From Promethearchaeota archaeon (GTDB lineage: Archaea > Asgardarchaeota > Lokiarchaeia > Sigyniarchaeales > SOKP01): 64,000 bases of DNA. Below are positions 30,195-40,132 of this stretch, in pieces; the stretch's first letter is position 1; every line of letters begins with the position of its first letter. A program made the position numbers and the translations under genes. The DNA lies in assembly GCA_048939995.1 (NCBI GenBank), contig JBHLOY010000001.1, forward strand, positions 1 through 64,000, read 5' to 3'. The notes under the pieces were generated by a model. It saw nothing but the letters and a program-made list of their open reading frames with translations. It searched no databases and was not told where the DNA came from.

Positions 30195-30854
30195 TTAAAT
30201 TACGGGAGGAAATATAACAATACTTATCGATAAATATACACCAAATACGATCATGAATACACCACATGTTATAAGTGCATACTTATAAATTTTATAATTT
30301 AAAACCCTACCTCCTAAATAAATAAATGCTGAAATAGGTACATACCATATCAGATCACCTAATTCATGACCCATGAAAAAGAGTAGGATTCCTAAAGGGT
30401 TTGCAAAAGATATTTGAAAATTAATCATGAATCCAAGGCCAATTACAGCCCACCAAAGCTCCCAGTAAGGACTAGAAATTGAAATAATCATTCCTCCCAA
30501 AAAGCTATTTCCTTTGAAGCCTTTGAACTTTTCTTCTATGGCATTGATATTTGAATTAGTTTTGGCCTTTAAAGCATCATTTATTACGAAAATTCCAAAA
30601 ATTACTAAAAAAATTCCACCAATTATACCCATAATCATTAGAAAAACAATGTTCTGAAAAAAGAGAGATGCTCCTGCAAGAAGTGCCATAATTAATAGAA
30701 ATTCAATCGTGGCATGGCCCAATACAATATAAATTCCTGCAAGATAACCCCGTTTTTGTTTTAAAGATTTATATATAGTAAATGTTAATAATGGTCCTGG
30801 AGAAAGTGCTCCCGTCAATGCTACCAAAAAAGAAAATAATAAAATATTCCACAT
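30195..30854 (-). CDS. LysE-family translocator
   Basis: GALSPGPL, GHATIE, SSPYWELWW; multiple TM helices. Confidence 0.9.
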   Translation of the reverse strand: MWNILLFSFLVALTGALSPGPLLTFTIYKSLKQKRGYLAGIYIVLGHATIEFLLIMALLAGASLFFQNIVFLMIMGIIGGIFLVIFGIFVINDALKAKTNSNINAIEEKFKGFKGNSFLGGMIISISSPYWELWWAVIGLGFMINFQISFANPLGILLFFMGHELGDLIWYVPISAFIYLGGRVLNYKIYKYALITCGVFMIVFGVYLSISIVIFPPVI

Positions 30855-30888
30855 ATATTAGAATAAACTTTATGTAAAGATTAAATTT

Positions 30889-31515
30889 TCAAAAGTTCCC
30901 GAATAACCAATTTATTAATGCCACAATCACGAACAAAACAATTAATATAGGAATCATAAAGACTAAAAATAGATATGATCCTTTAATAAGCTCTTTTCTC
31001 CAAGATTTCAAAGTTTTATCCCATTTCTTCTGAGTGGTATCTTGCCAATTTTTTATATCTGCCTGTATTTTTTTTGTGCTTGCTTCTAACTGTGCTTTCG
31101 TCTCAATTTGTTTAGTTTTTAACTCATTTACCCATTCCTGATATTTAGAATTCCATTCTTCTTCAGTTTTTTCAATGAACGTATCAACTATTTCTTTATT
31201 TTTTTCCCATAACTTTTTATTTTTTGTGCGTATTTTTTCAATTTCAGAAGCCCAATCCTTCATTGTGTTTTCAATACTGATTCTTGTGTTATCAAAGAAA
31301 TTGTTAATCTTTTCTTTATTCTCATTCCATAATTCTTCATTCTTTTTTGATTGATTTTCTATTGATTCTTGAAACTTATTAAATCTATCCTTAATATTTC
31401 TAACAAATTCATTCCATCCCTTAGTTATGATAGTTTCAATTTTTTCTTTATACTCTATTTTATCAATTTCATTGTCAGTTAGAGATGGTTCTTCAGAATT
31501 GTTATTATTGCTCAT
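30889..31515 (-). CDS. Tail-anchored amphipathic-helix protein
   Basis: Trp-periodic helical repeats followed by one C-terminal TM. Confidence 0.65.
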   Translation of the reverse strand: MSNNNNSEEPSLTDNEIDKIEYKEKIETIITKGWNEFVRNIKDRFNKFQESIENQSKKNEELWNENKEKINNFFDNTRISIENTMKDWASEIEKIRTKNKKLWEKNKEIVDTFIEKTEEEWNSKYQEWVNELKTKQIETKAQLEASTKKIQADIKNWQDTTQKKWDKTLKSWRKELIKGSYLFLVFMIPILIVLFVIVALINWLFGNF

Positions 31516-31598
31516 AGAGTTTTAATAAGTTAACGATACTTAAATATTTATTTTATCAACTACTTTAAATCAAAAATAATCTCGAGTGAAAAATAAAG

Positions 31599-32984
31599 AT
31601 GGATTTTGAGATTTTAAAAAGGACTCCTTTGTATAAGATGCTTTCTGAAAGGGGAAAGCGAATTTTTCTTCCCGAAGGCATTTTTTATTGGGCAGGTAGG
31701 GCAAAAAAAGAAGCAGAATATATTGGAACTATTGGAGAAGCTTATGCTTACAAGAAAGATTTTCTGAACGATAAGTCTAATACTTGGGTTCCTTGTTATT
31801 TGAAATATGTAGATGAATATTTAAGTAAACTTGATATCAATGATTTGGTCCCTTATGCATCAATTCCAGGATTAGACGAACTCCGCAAAGTGTGGAAGCA
31901 ATGGATTATCAAAAAATCGCTGCATGATATAGATTCAGAAGCAGAAAAATTGATTAGGGTTGAAAAGTATATTACTATGCCATTGATTACTTCAGGGGTG
32001 ACAAACGGAATTTTTATGGTTTCTGCGATGTTTTTAAATCCAAATGAAACAATAATTTGCCCAAATAAACGATGGGAGAATTATGATAATATTTTTAACA
32101 CCTTTTTAGGAGCCAATATCCAATCTTTTAAATTTTTTGCGGACGATAAATTAAACATTAATGCATTAAGTGAAGCGATTTATAAGGTTTCAGAAAAACA
32201 AGATAAAATTATTATAATTCTAGGATTTCCAAACAATCCAACTGGGTTTATCCCTTCAAAAGAGGAGAGTGCTGAATTAATAGAAGTTTTAAAAAATATT
32301 CAAATAGAACTTAAAAAGCCAATTTTAGTTCTTAATGATGATGCTTATGAACCCTATATTTTTAGCGAGAATGTAATTAATCGTTCTTTATTTTACGATC
32401 TTCATCAACTCAATGAGAATATAGTTCCTATTAAATTGGACGGTATAACAAAAGAACTTTTATTGTATGGTGGTCGAATAGGTTTTGTCACTATAGGCTT
32501 AAAGCCAGAATGGGTGAATAATGATATTGAGTTAGAGATGCTTAAAAAGCAAATTGACAATAAACTTTCTGGTTTTAATAGAACTACGATTTCAAATTGT
32601 AATCATTTTTATCAAGCAGTAACTTCAAGAATCTTCAAGGAACATGGAATGGATGATATTTTAAAAACTAGAGGCTTTATTGAGAACATTCTTAGACGTA
32701 GATTTGAAAAAATAAATGAAGAATTAAAGAAGATTGAAACTCATGATATATCTATTGATCCCCATGGCGGAGGTTTTTTTGTATTTTTAAATTTAAACCC
32801 TAACAAAATTAGAGCAACTGAATTTGCGGATCATCTACTGAAAAACTATAAAGTAGGAATAATCCCAATTGAAAATAGAGGGGAAAATATCAATGGTATC
32901 AGAATTGCTTTTTGTTCAATTGACATTAATCAAATTCCAGAAATTATAAATCGAATAAATCTGGCGTTAGGAGATTTTAAATAA
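31599..32984 (+). CDS. PLP-dependent aminotransferase class I/II
   Basis: FPNNPTG, DDAYE, KLDGITKE...GGRIGF. Confidence 0.9.
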   Translation: MDFEILKRTPLYKMLSERGKRIFLPEGIFYWAGRAKKEAEYIGTIGEAYAYKKDFLNDKSNTWVPCYLKYVDEYLSKLDINDLVPYASIPGLDELRKVWKQWIIKKSLHDIDSEAEKLIRVEKYITMPLITSGVTNGIFMVSAMFLNPNETIICPNKRWENYDNIFNTFLGANIQSFKFFADDKLNINALSEAIYKVSEKQDKIIIILGFPNNPTGFIPSKEESAELIEVLKNIQIELKKPILVLNDDAYEPYIFSENVINRSLFYDLHQLNENIVPIKLDGITKELLLYGGRIGFVTIGLKPEWVNNDIELEMLKKQIDNKLSGFNRTTISNCNHFYQAVTSRIFKEHGMDDILKTRGFIENILRRRFEKINEELKKIETHDISIDPHGGGFFVFLNLNPNKIRATEFADHLLKNYKVGIIPIENRGENINGIRIAFCSIDINQIPEIINRINLALGDFK

Positions 32985-33107
32985 TCGTTAATGTTTTTTC
33001 CATATTACTATAATATATATCAAATTGATTTAATGCGTGATTTTATATATTCTAACTTTTATAACATATATAAATTATTTAAGAATAAATTGAAGTGAAA
33101 TATCAAA

Positions 33108-34115
33108 ATGAAACTATATTTGGTCAATAAGGGGGAACTTAACGAGATTAATAATCCCGTTCTATCAAAAGGAGATGTTTACCTTCTTGATGACCAGAAA
33201 ACAATCTACGTTTGGATCGGGAGTAAGTGTTCAGTTGACGAGAAAACAAGTGGTGCTGCTCAAGCAAGAAAGTTGGATCAAGAAAGAGGAGGGGCTGCTA
33301 AGATAATTACTGTTGATGAGGGACTAGAATCAAATGATTTTCTTAAAGCTATCAGTTCTATGGGAACAATAAAAATAGTTGAAAAAAATATTGCCAAAAC
33401 GCTGTTAAAAGACGTGGCTACTGGTGATTGGGCTGGATTTACCGAACATGTTAATGTTTTATATAGGGTATCTTCAGAGGAATTTGAAGGTATAAACGCT
33501 ATGAAAATGGTTCAAGTACCGTTTTCTAAAAGTTCTTTAGACACAGAAGATTGTTTTCTAGCTGATCTGGGTACTAAAGTCTATATATGGCAAGGTTCAC
33601 AATGTAATGTCAAAGAAAAAGTAAAATCAGGTCAATGGGCGCGTCAAATTGACGCTGATCGTCCAGGCCTTCAAAATGAAACGATATTTGAAGAAGGAGA
33701 TGATACTGAATTTCTAGCTTCTTTAGAGCGAGGTGAACATTATAAAGAATCGGATGCTGTCCAATTGAGGGCAGAATCTGAGTTAGAACCCGAAATTGAA
33801 GCAGATAAAGTAGAAATTAAACCTGAAACAAAAGCAGTAATTAGAGAAGTAACACCTGAAGAAATTAAAGCAGATATTGCCGAATTAAAAGCAGCAAGTC
33901 CTTCTGGTGCAGCACCGGGAATTCCTGGTTCTTCTGATGATCTACTAACTATTGAGAAAATTGAAGGAAGAAGACGTTGTCCTAAATGTGGAAATGAAGA
34001 TAAAATGTTGATTCATGAGAGTGTTGATAAAGGAAATATAATTCTAGATTATCCAAGAATGTATGGTAAGAAATACCGCTGCGGGCAGTGTGGGATAGAA
34101 TGGCGTGAAAAGTAA
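33108..34115 (+). CDS. Two-domain gelsolin (Asgard 2DGel type) with acidic linker and C-terminal Zn ribbon
   Basis: LSKGDVYLLDD-x-KTIYVWIGSKCSVDEK and LDTEDCFLADLGTKVYIWQGSQCNVKEK gelsolin repeats; CPKC...CGQC. Confidence 0.9.
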   Translation: MKLYLVNKGELNEINNPVLSKGDVYLLDDQKTIYVWIGSKCSVDEKTSGAAQARKLDQERGGAAKIITVDEGLESNDFLKAISSMGTIKIVEKNIAKTLLKDVATGDWAGFTEHVNVLYRVSSEEFEGINAMKMVQVPFSKSSLDTEDCFLADLGTKVYIWQGSQCNVKEKVKSGQWARQIDADRPGLQNETIFEEGDDTEFLASLERGEHYKESDAVQLRAESELEPEIEADKVEIKPETKAVIREVTPEEIKADIAELKAASPSGAAPGIPGSSDDLLTIEKIEGRRRCPKCGNEDKMLIHESVDKGNIILDYPRMYGKKYRCGQCGIEWREK

Positions 34116-34214
34116 ATAAATATAATTTTATTTTAATCTTTTTTAAAGCTCTCTTTGGCAAGAGCCCTTAAGCTAAAGTGTTAAAAGTAAAATACTGGTT
34201 TAATTAAAGAAATT

Positions 34215-35489
34215 TTAAGGTTTTTGTAAATCCCTACGCATTAGTTTGATCTTTTTCTTTAGTTCAATTATTTCTATATCTTTTTTCTCAATTTCAGATT
34301 GAAGTTTTAATCTTGAATCCTTTATATTCTGCATTTCTCCTAAAATCCTGTCTTCAATTTGTTCAGCTTCATATAGTTTATTTTTCAAGGTAGCTTCTTG
34401 TTTTTTTAGATCTTTTATTTCATTAGTTTGTTCTTCAATAATATTACGTAAGCTTGCAATTTCTAATTCAACTTTTCCAATGATATTGCCAGATTTTTCT
34501 TGGGATTCTTCTAATTGCTTTTCTATTCGATTTATGTACTCTTCCCGTGTTTTATCCTTTTGAGTAAACTTCTCAATCTCTAAAACTAATTCTTTTATTC
34601 TTTCTTCTTTTTTCTCAAGATCTTTCTTTACTAAACTAAATGTTTCAACTTGCTGTTGTAGTTCTTTTAGTTTTTTATTCGCCGTTTCTAGGTTGTTTTC
34701 AGTTGAGAAAATAGTTTTTTCCTTTTCGGTTATTACTTCATCTTTTTTCTCTAAAAGAAGTTGAAGCTTATCAAATTTAGATTTTTGTACAGTATCTTTT
34801 TCGAGATATTGTACTTGTTCTAAGAGTTCTTTAAGTTTATTGTCTTTTTCATTTAATTTTTCAACTAGATCTTTATTTACCGATTGTTCAGAATTTAATT
34901 GCTCTAATTCTTTTGTTAATGTTTGATTTTCTTTGATTTGTTCTTGGATTTTATCATTTAATTTGTCTATTTTATTTGTATGGTCTTGCATTAGTTGGTT
35001 TTTCTCCTTTATCGATGAATTTAATTTTTCAATTTCTTGTCGAAATGATTCTAATTGTTCATTTAACTGGTTAATCTCTTGATTTTTACTCTCTACTATT
35101 TTATTCAATTCTACTTCGCTTTGAGTAGGCTCAGAAGTTACATCTATTTTCATTTCTAATTCCTTTATGAAGTCATCTTTCTTTACAATTGTCTGAAGTA
35201 AATTTTCTATGGTGGTATTATTTTGGTCCGCGAGTTGTTGAAGTTTATCATTTTCCTGTAAGAGGAATTCATAGTCGTTACCTCTTTTTTCCAATTCTTC
35301 TGATAATCTTACAATTTGTTCATTTAGTTTTCTATTTTGATCAATTAAATTATCTAATTGTTCTTGAAGATTTTCTTCCTCTGTTATAGGTTTTTCAGTT
35401 TCCTCCTTTTCCTCTACCCAACCAAGAGACGATAGTGCTTCCGAAATCGATTCATCTTCATCTTTTTGATTGTTAAGTTTATCTGGCAT
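34215..35489 (-). CDS. Long coiled-coil protein
   Basis: About 380 aa of near-continuous heptads after a short ALSSLGW head. Confidence 0.75.
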   Translation of the reverse strand: MPDKLNNQKDEDESISEALSSLGWVEEKEETEKPITEEENLQEQLDNLIDQNRKLNEQIVRLSEELEKRGNDYEFLLQENDKLQQLADQNNTTIENLLQTIVKKDDFIKELEMKIDVTSEPTQSEVELNKIVESKNQEINQLNEQLESFRQEIEKLNSSIKEKNQLMQDHTNKIDKLNDKIQEQIKENQTLTKELEQLNSEQSVNKDLVEKLNEKDNKLKELLEQVQYLEKDTVQKSKFDKLQLLLEKKDEVITEKEKTIFSTENNLETANKKLKELQQQVETFSLVKKDLEKKEERIKELVLEIEKFTQKDKTREEYINRIEKQLEESQEKSGNIIGKVELEIASLRNIIEEQTNEIKDLKKQEATLKNKLYEAEQIEDRILGEMQNIKDSRLKLQSEIEKKDIEIIELKKKIKLMRRDLQKP

Positions 35490-35603
35490 AATATAAAAAA
35501 CAATTTTTGATCTATTAAATTTTTCTACTCTTAATAAATATTATATATTTTGCTATAAAATACCTAAAAATATTACAAAAGTAATCAGAAAATGCAGGAT
35601 ATA

Positions 35604-36086
35604 CTATTGTGAGTAATCTTGAGTGAATACGTATTTTCTATCAAGGAAAAATTTAGTAAGATAACCAATAGAAAGTGCTATAATAAAGCTTATTTCTAGT
35701 GGAGTATGTAAAAGATTAGTGAGAAGAAATTGTATTCCGATATTCTCTATAGTTGTTAATATAGCGAATAAAAAATACTTAAGGAATTCCTTGGAAGTTT
35801 CTTTTAATTTAGTTCCACTTTTTTTAAAAACAATATATTTATCTAAAAAGAATTTAATAATGTAGGTTATTCCGACAGCTAGAATTGAGCCGATTAACTC
35901 AGGCATGTTATAGGGAGTTTTTGAACAATATAACGAATAAATAATGGGGTTATGCCCAAAATTAATGCATATTAGCGGTTCGATTAAAATTTGATTAGTT
36001 TTCTGAATAAAATAATTTAAAAGAATCATACATGCCGCAAAAACAAAGTACAATATCATTTGATTTTTTATATTATTTTTACTCAT
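35604..36086 (-). CDS. GtrA-like membrane protein
   Basis: Duplicated KFFLDKYIVF / KFFLDRKYVF; EFLKYFLFA. Confidence 0.75.
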   Translation of the reverse strand: MSKNNIKNQMILYFVFAACMILLNYFIQKTNQILIEPLICINFGHNPIIYSLYCSKTPYNMPELIGSILAVGITYIIKFFLDKYIVFKKSGTKLKETSKEFLKYFLFAILTTIENIGIQFLLTNLLHTPLEISFIIALSIGYLTKFFLDRKYVFTQDYSQ

Positions 36087-36101
36087 GATATTTATGACCA
36101 G

Positions 36102-36425
36102 TTAAGTTTTAATTTTTTTTCCGCAGTGAGGACAGAATCTTAAGTTTTGTTCTAAAATTATTTTATTACAAAATACACATCTTTTTTCATCACTTTTTGT
36201 CATTTTTACTAAATTTTCTTGTTCATCTTCGTGGTTCTCCATATCTCCTGAATAATTAGAGGTTACGTCTCTTGTTTCTTCAACTCTTCTTCTAATCCCA
36301 CAAGAAAGAGGTAAAAAAAAGAAAAAGGGAAAAAAGATGAAAAATTCTCCCAAAATTAAGCTCAAGACTAAAAAGATTATTGAAAAAATTACTAAACCAA
36401 CAAATAATACTTTATAATACTTCAT
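36102..36425 (-). CDS. Membrane-anchored zinc-ribbon protein
   Basis: Hydrophobic N-terminus; CVFC...FCPHCG. Confidence 0.7.
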   Translation of the reverse strand: MKYYKVLFVGLVIFSIIFLVLSLILGEFFIFFPFFFFLPLSCGIRRRVEETRDVTSNYSGDMENHEDEQENLVKMTKSDEKRCVFCNKIILEQNLRFCPHCGKKIKT

Positions 36426-36465
36426 ACCTATATAGATTACAAATTAACTATTTTGGGATATTTAT

Positions 36466-37086
36466 CTATTCCTTTTTAATTCTATCTTTCCAAGAGTCCA
36501 ACTTTTCAGTTTTTTTTTCTTGTTCAGAATTCTGAAAGGATGATTGCAATGGTCTAGTTAGTTGAAAACCTGATCCAGTTTCCTCTGATCTTGGAGATAA
36601 TACATCCATTACTTCTTTTGAAATTCTAGCTTTAGGATCTGTTTTACCAGTTATCTTTCGATATAATCTTTTTATTCCATATGCTAATAGCGAAAAGCTG
36701 AGAGAAAAAAGGAAATACAAAGCGACCCAACCATCTCCAAGAAGGGGTATAAAGAAAGGTAATAGCCCAGATGCATAATTAGCATAAAATATTCCAATTA
36801 TGGCGAAAATTCCTAGAAATACTATGCATCTAAGACAAGTAGGTATCAACTGTTTTTTCATCATTTGTTTCATTAAAGAAGTAGATTCTTGCTGTAATTT
36901 GAGGAGTGCTTGAACGTCACCAGTTATTTGAGCTGTTCTCATACGTTCTTGAAGATTCAGCGCTTTTTCTCTCATTTCTTTCGCGGTGTTAAGATTTATA
37001 CCTAGAAGTCTATTAAGTAGTAAACTCAAAGCTACCATTCCCATACTGATAAGCATTATTTGAAGGATAATATCTACATTTGTCAA
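36466..37086 (-). CDS. DUF106 / EMC3-TMCO1-Get1 (Oxa1 superfamily) membrane insertase-like protein
   Basis: TM1, Met/Gln-rich cytosolic coiled coil (LQQESTSLMKQMMKKQLIP), TM2, LPFFIP, GWVALYFLFS TM3. Confidence 0.75.
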   Translation of the reverse strand: MTNVDIILQIMLISMGMVALSLLLNRLLGINLNTAKEMREKALNLQERMRTAQITGDVQALLKLQQESTSLMKQMMKKQLIPTCLRCIVFLGIFAIIGIFYANYASGLLPFFIPLLGDGWVALYFLFSLSFSLLAYGIKRLYRKITGKTDPKARISKEVMDVLSPRSEETGSGFQLTRPLQSSFQNSEQEKKTEKLDSWKDRIKKE

Positions 37087-37168
37087 ACTTTAATCACTAT
37101 AATTAGGAAGATTCAATTTCAATTAAATTTTTTTAAAAATCTTTAGCTGGATTTTGTATAAAATGAAT

Positions 37169-38266
37169 TCACTTTAAATTACCTTTAAAGTAACCTTGTA
37201 TGTATTTTGAAAAAAGAGCTCCCAAACTATTAGGTAAACTAGATACGAGAGCACATCCAAAATAACACCCATTACAAAATTGGAAATCATCTCGCCTACG
37301 TATTAATTCTTTTACCTCTTTTACATTGTAAATGAATGGTAACGGATACTTTAAAGCATCAATACTTAATAAAGGATGGATTTTGCATGGAAAAGCAATA
37401 TAACCATCCCATCTTACAAAAATATAGGTCTCCGACACATGGCAGCGCAAATACTTTTGTAGATACTTGGGAAAGCCTCCAAAGCCGCCACTTTCTACAA
37501 CTTTTATACTAAAGGGGTCAGTTAATACGTTTTTAAACTTTTTTCTTAAACTTCGAATCGTCTTCCCCCAGAATGATATATCTGGAATCACTTCTTGGAT
37601 GTTTTCAATAAAGTATTTCTCATTATAAAATTCTCTGATTATATCCTCACAGGGATATAATTCAATTGCGACATTAAGTTTCTCAGCTAGAGCACAGATT
37701 TTCTCAAGTGAATTGATGTTATCCTTCATAACAACAGTATTTATTATTACATTAATATCATTTTTATTCGCGATGTTTATGGTTTCAAGAGCTTTATCAT
37801 ATACTTTAATCCCTCGTTTTTTATCATGCAATTCTGCATTTGGATAATCAATTGAAAGTAATATGTAATCCAATCCCTTCAAACCTCCATTTTTTTTTAA
37901 TAATTTTGGCATTAAGTATCCATTTGTGGCGATTCCAATTGTGAGATCGTGTTTGATCCCAGTATAACGAATAAGTTCTGGTAAATCGTTCCTTAATGTG
38001 GGTTCACCACCAGTAAAAGAGATAACATTAACTCCCATTTCTGCTATTTGATCAATCAAATATTTTATTTGCATAGTATCCATTTCATTTTTTATTAAAA
38101 ATTCTGGTAATCGCGGGATTGAACAAAAAGAACAAGTTGCATTGCATCGTAAAGTGATTTCTATTTGCGCAGAGTATGGTATTTTGATGCTTGTAAATTT
38201 ATTCAAACTAAAATTTCTTATATATTTAAATACGTTTTTGGCTCTCGCTATAGTTATAGAATTCAA
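37169..38266 (-). CDS. Radical SAM protein with SPASM/twitch-like C-terminus
   Basis: CNATCSFC, TGGEPTLR, TNG, C-terminal C...PC...CNGCYFGC. Confidence 0.9.
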   Translation of the reverse strand: MNSITIARAKNVFKYIRNFSLNKFTSIKIPYSAQIEITLRCNATCSFCSIPRLPEFLIKNEMDTMQIKYLIDQIAEMGVNVISFTGGEPTLRNDLPELIRYTGIKHDLTIGIATNGYLMPKLLKKNGGLKGLDYILLSIDYPNAELHDKKRGIKVYDKALETINIANKNDINVIINTVVMKDNINSLEKICALAEKLNVAIELYPCEDIIREFYNEKYFIENIQEVIPDISFWGKTIRSLRKKFKNVLTDPFSIKVVESGGFGGFPKYLQKYLRCHVSETYIFVRWDGYIAFPCKIHPLLSIDALKYPLPFIYNVKEVKELIRRRDDFQFCNGCYFGCALVSSLPNSLGALFSKYIQGYFKGNLK

Positions 38267-38446
38267 CTTTGAAAGGTATATAAATAAGGGAATTAAAAAT
38301 TTAATCTATAATATATTATAGATTAACACTCTTAAGAATTTTTAAAGAGAGGATATTAAATTATTATCAAGATTTTATGACCCCACTGAAGGAGTTATTA
38401 AAATGGTGTATTTTTCAATAAAAAATTGAAAAGCATAAATTGAAAT

Positions 38447-38776
38447 TTACAATTCCTTACCACAGCGTTTACATATGTATTTTTTAGCGTAGATCTTAAT
38501 TCCACCCATTTGGTGTAATACCTGGTTTTTGTCTTCTTCGGTTCTAAAATCAGTACCTCCACAATCGGGACAGACTCTCCTACCCTCAACAGGTGGATGT
38601 TCCAATGCTTTTTCCTCCTCTTCTTGTTTTTCAACTACTGCAGATGGCTTAACAGCCCCCTCATTAACAATTTCATCGATTTTGGAATTTTGGGAATTAG
38701 AAGGATTCAGAAGTTGATCTAACTTACTATTAATTTGTTCTAGTAATGATATTACTTTTTCTTCAAATGATGACAT
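38447..38776 (-). CDS. Small coiled-coil + Zn-ribbon protein (ribbon homologous to gelsolin C-terminus)
   Basis: LLEQINSKLDQL N-terminus; EGRRVCPDCG...YAKKYICKRCG. Confidence 0.8.
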   Translation of the reverse strand: MSSFEEKVISLLEQINSKLDQLLNPSNSQNSKIDEIVNEGAVKPSAVVEKQEEEEKALEHPPVEGRRVCPDCGGTDFRTEEDKNQVLHQMGGIKIYAKKYICKRCGKEL

Positions 38777-38860
38777 CTTAATTTCTCTGGGCTAAATTCA
38801 TTTTAAATAACAGATCTAAAAATATTCTTAAAAATGTTTGTAAAAGAATAAATTTACTTC

Positions 38861-39316
38861 TTATATTTCTCGTCTTTTTCCTTCTATAGATTCAAAGTAA
38901 TCTAAAATAGATTGTTTAATTTCTCTTGCGGGATATACCAACCTAGATTGATTTACATAACTTAAAGCGTCCTTCCATGACCAGTTAGGGTGTACTTTCA
39001 TTAACCAAGCCACAACTATTCCTCCAGATCTACTTATTCCCATAGAGCAGTGAACAAAAACTTTTCCTTCTCGAATATTTATATCAATAAATTCTAAAAT
39101 CTCCTTGATAAACCTATGTGGAGGATACCAATCATCAGGAAATCCTTTATGTAAGTAAGTAAAACCTTGAGAGGTCGGGTTATATAGATTTTCTTCCATT
39201 AAATTAACTATGGCAGTGATACCTAGTTCTTTAAATTTCTCGAAATTTAATCTTGGCCAATAAGCTCCTATATATAGATTATCATCTATTCTATAAATTT
39301 GATCTAATTCTGCCAT
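38861..39316 (-). CDS. Dual-specificity protein phosphatase
   Basis: NLYIG, VHCSMGISRSG (HCx5R), P-D general-acid loop. Confidence 0.92.
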   Translation of the reverse strand: MAELDQIYRIDDNLYIGAYWPRLNFEKFKELGITAIVNLMEENLYNPTSQGFTYLHKGFPDDWYPPHRFIKEILEFIDINIREGKVFVHCSMGISRSGGIVVAWLMKVHPNWSWKDALSYVNQSRLVYPAREIKQSILDYFESIEGKRREI

Positions 39317-39386
39317 AGATAAGTAGGTTCCTAACTCTTTATTTAAGAAGAAGTTTTGTATTCAAAAAATTTTTTGTTTTTAGAAA

Positions 39387-40034
39387 CTAACAACCTTCAG
39401 AAACTTTCTTTATTTTAACAAAAAATCTACCGGTTTTTTTCATATAGTTAGCATAATCTTCTCCAAAATACTCTAAAAGGATTTTTTCTTCATCTATTGC
39501 TTGAAAATATAATCCTACTGCACCTAATAGGTATAATATTAATAAAAGCCAGTCTAATAAAATCATATTAAATCCTATACAAAATATGTTAAAAGAAAGA
39601 TATACTGGGTGCCTGATTTTTCCGTATATCCCTGTTCTTACAAAGTCTTTCTTTTTTTTCATACCATTAATAGGGTAAGACCAATATATACCCAATTTTC
39701 TGTAGGCTAACAATAAAGTGATATTACCTCCAATAACTAGAGTGAAACCAATAATCTGTACAATTTCACTAATTGAAAATAGATTAATTTTTGGAAATAT
39801 AAGAATCCAGTAATTATATATGAATATATTAAGACAACATAAAAATATGAATGTGTTTATAATATGGATGCTGATTCTCGCAAATAATCTGGCCTCTTTT
39901 AAACGATTGTTAATCCCATTATTAACATTTTCTTTTTTATGTCTTCTTTTAAAAAGAATAATATACGTAATATTATATCCAAAGATAAAGAAACTGATAA
40001 TGAGAAATAAACGTATAACAATTGAATTTAACAT
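39387..40034 (-). CDS. Isoprenylcysteine carboxyl methyltransferase (ICMT/PEMT) family
   Basis: GIYGKIRHPVY; EEKILLEYFGEDYANYMKKTGRF. Confidence 0.85.
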   Translation of the reverse strand: MLNSIVIRLFLIISFFIFGYNITYIILFKRRHKKENVNNGINNRLKEARLFARISIHIINTFIFLCCLNIFIYNYWILIFPKINLFSISEIVQIIGFTLVIGGNITLLLAYRKLGIYWSYPINGMKKKKDFVRTGIYGKIRHPVYLSFNIFCIGFNMILLDWLLLILYLLGAVGLYFQAIDEEKILLEYFGEDYANYMKKTGRFFVKIKKVSEGC

Positions 40035-40132
40035 TATAGATCCAATTTTTGTATTATAAAAATATGAATTGAATAACTTTTAAAAAATATTTTGAAATAA
40101 AACAAATAAGTAAAAAGGATAATATAGTAAAT

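Noticed and set aside
30889-31515. Bona fide SNARE
   Set aside because: Trp-rich amphipathic repeats without a recognisable Q/R zero-layer heptad pattern.
34148-34165. Hairpin GCTCT-N8-AGAGC after gelsolin (and a similar weak hairpin near 38377-38398) as ncRNA
   Set aside because: Stems are too short and lack diagnostic boxes; at most terminator-like.
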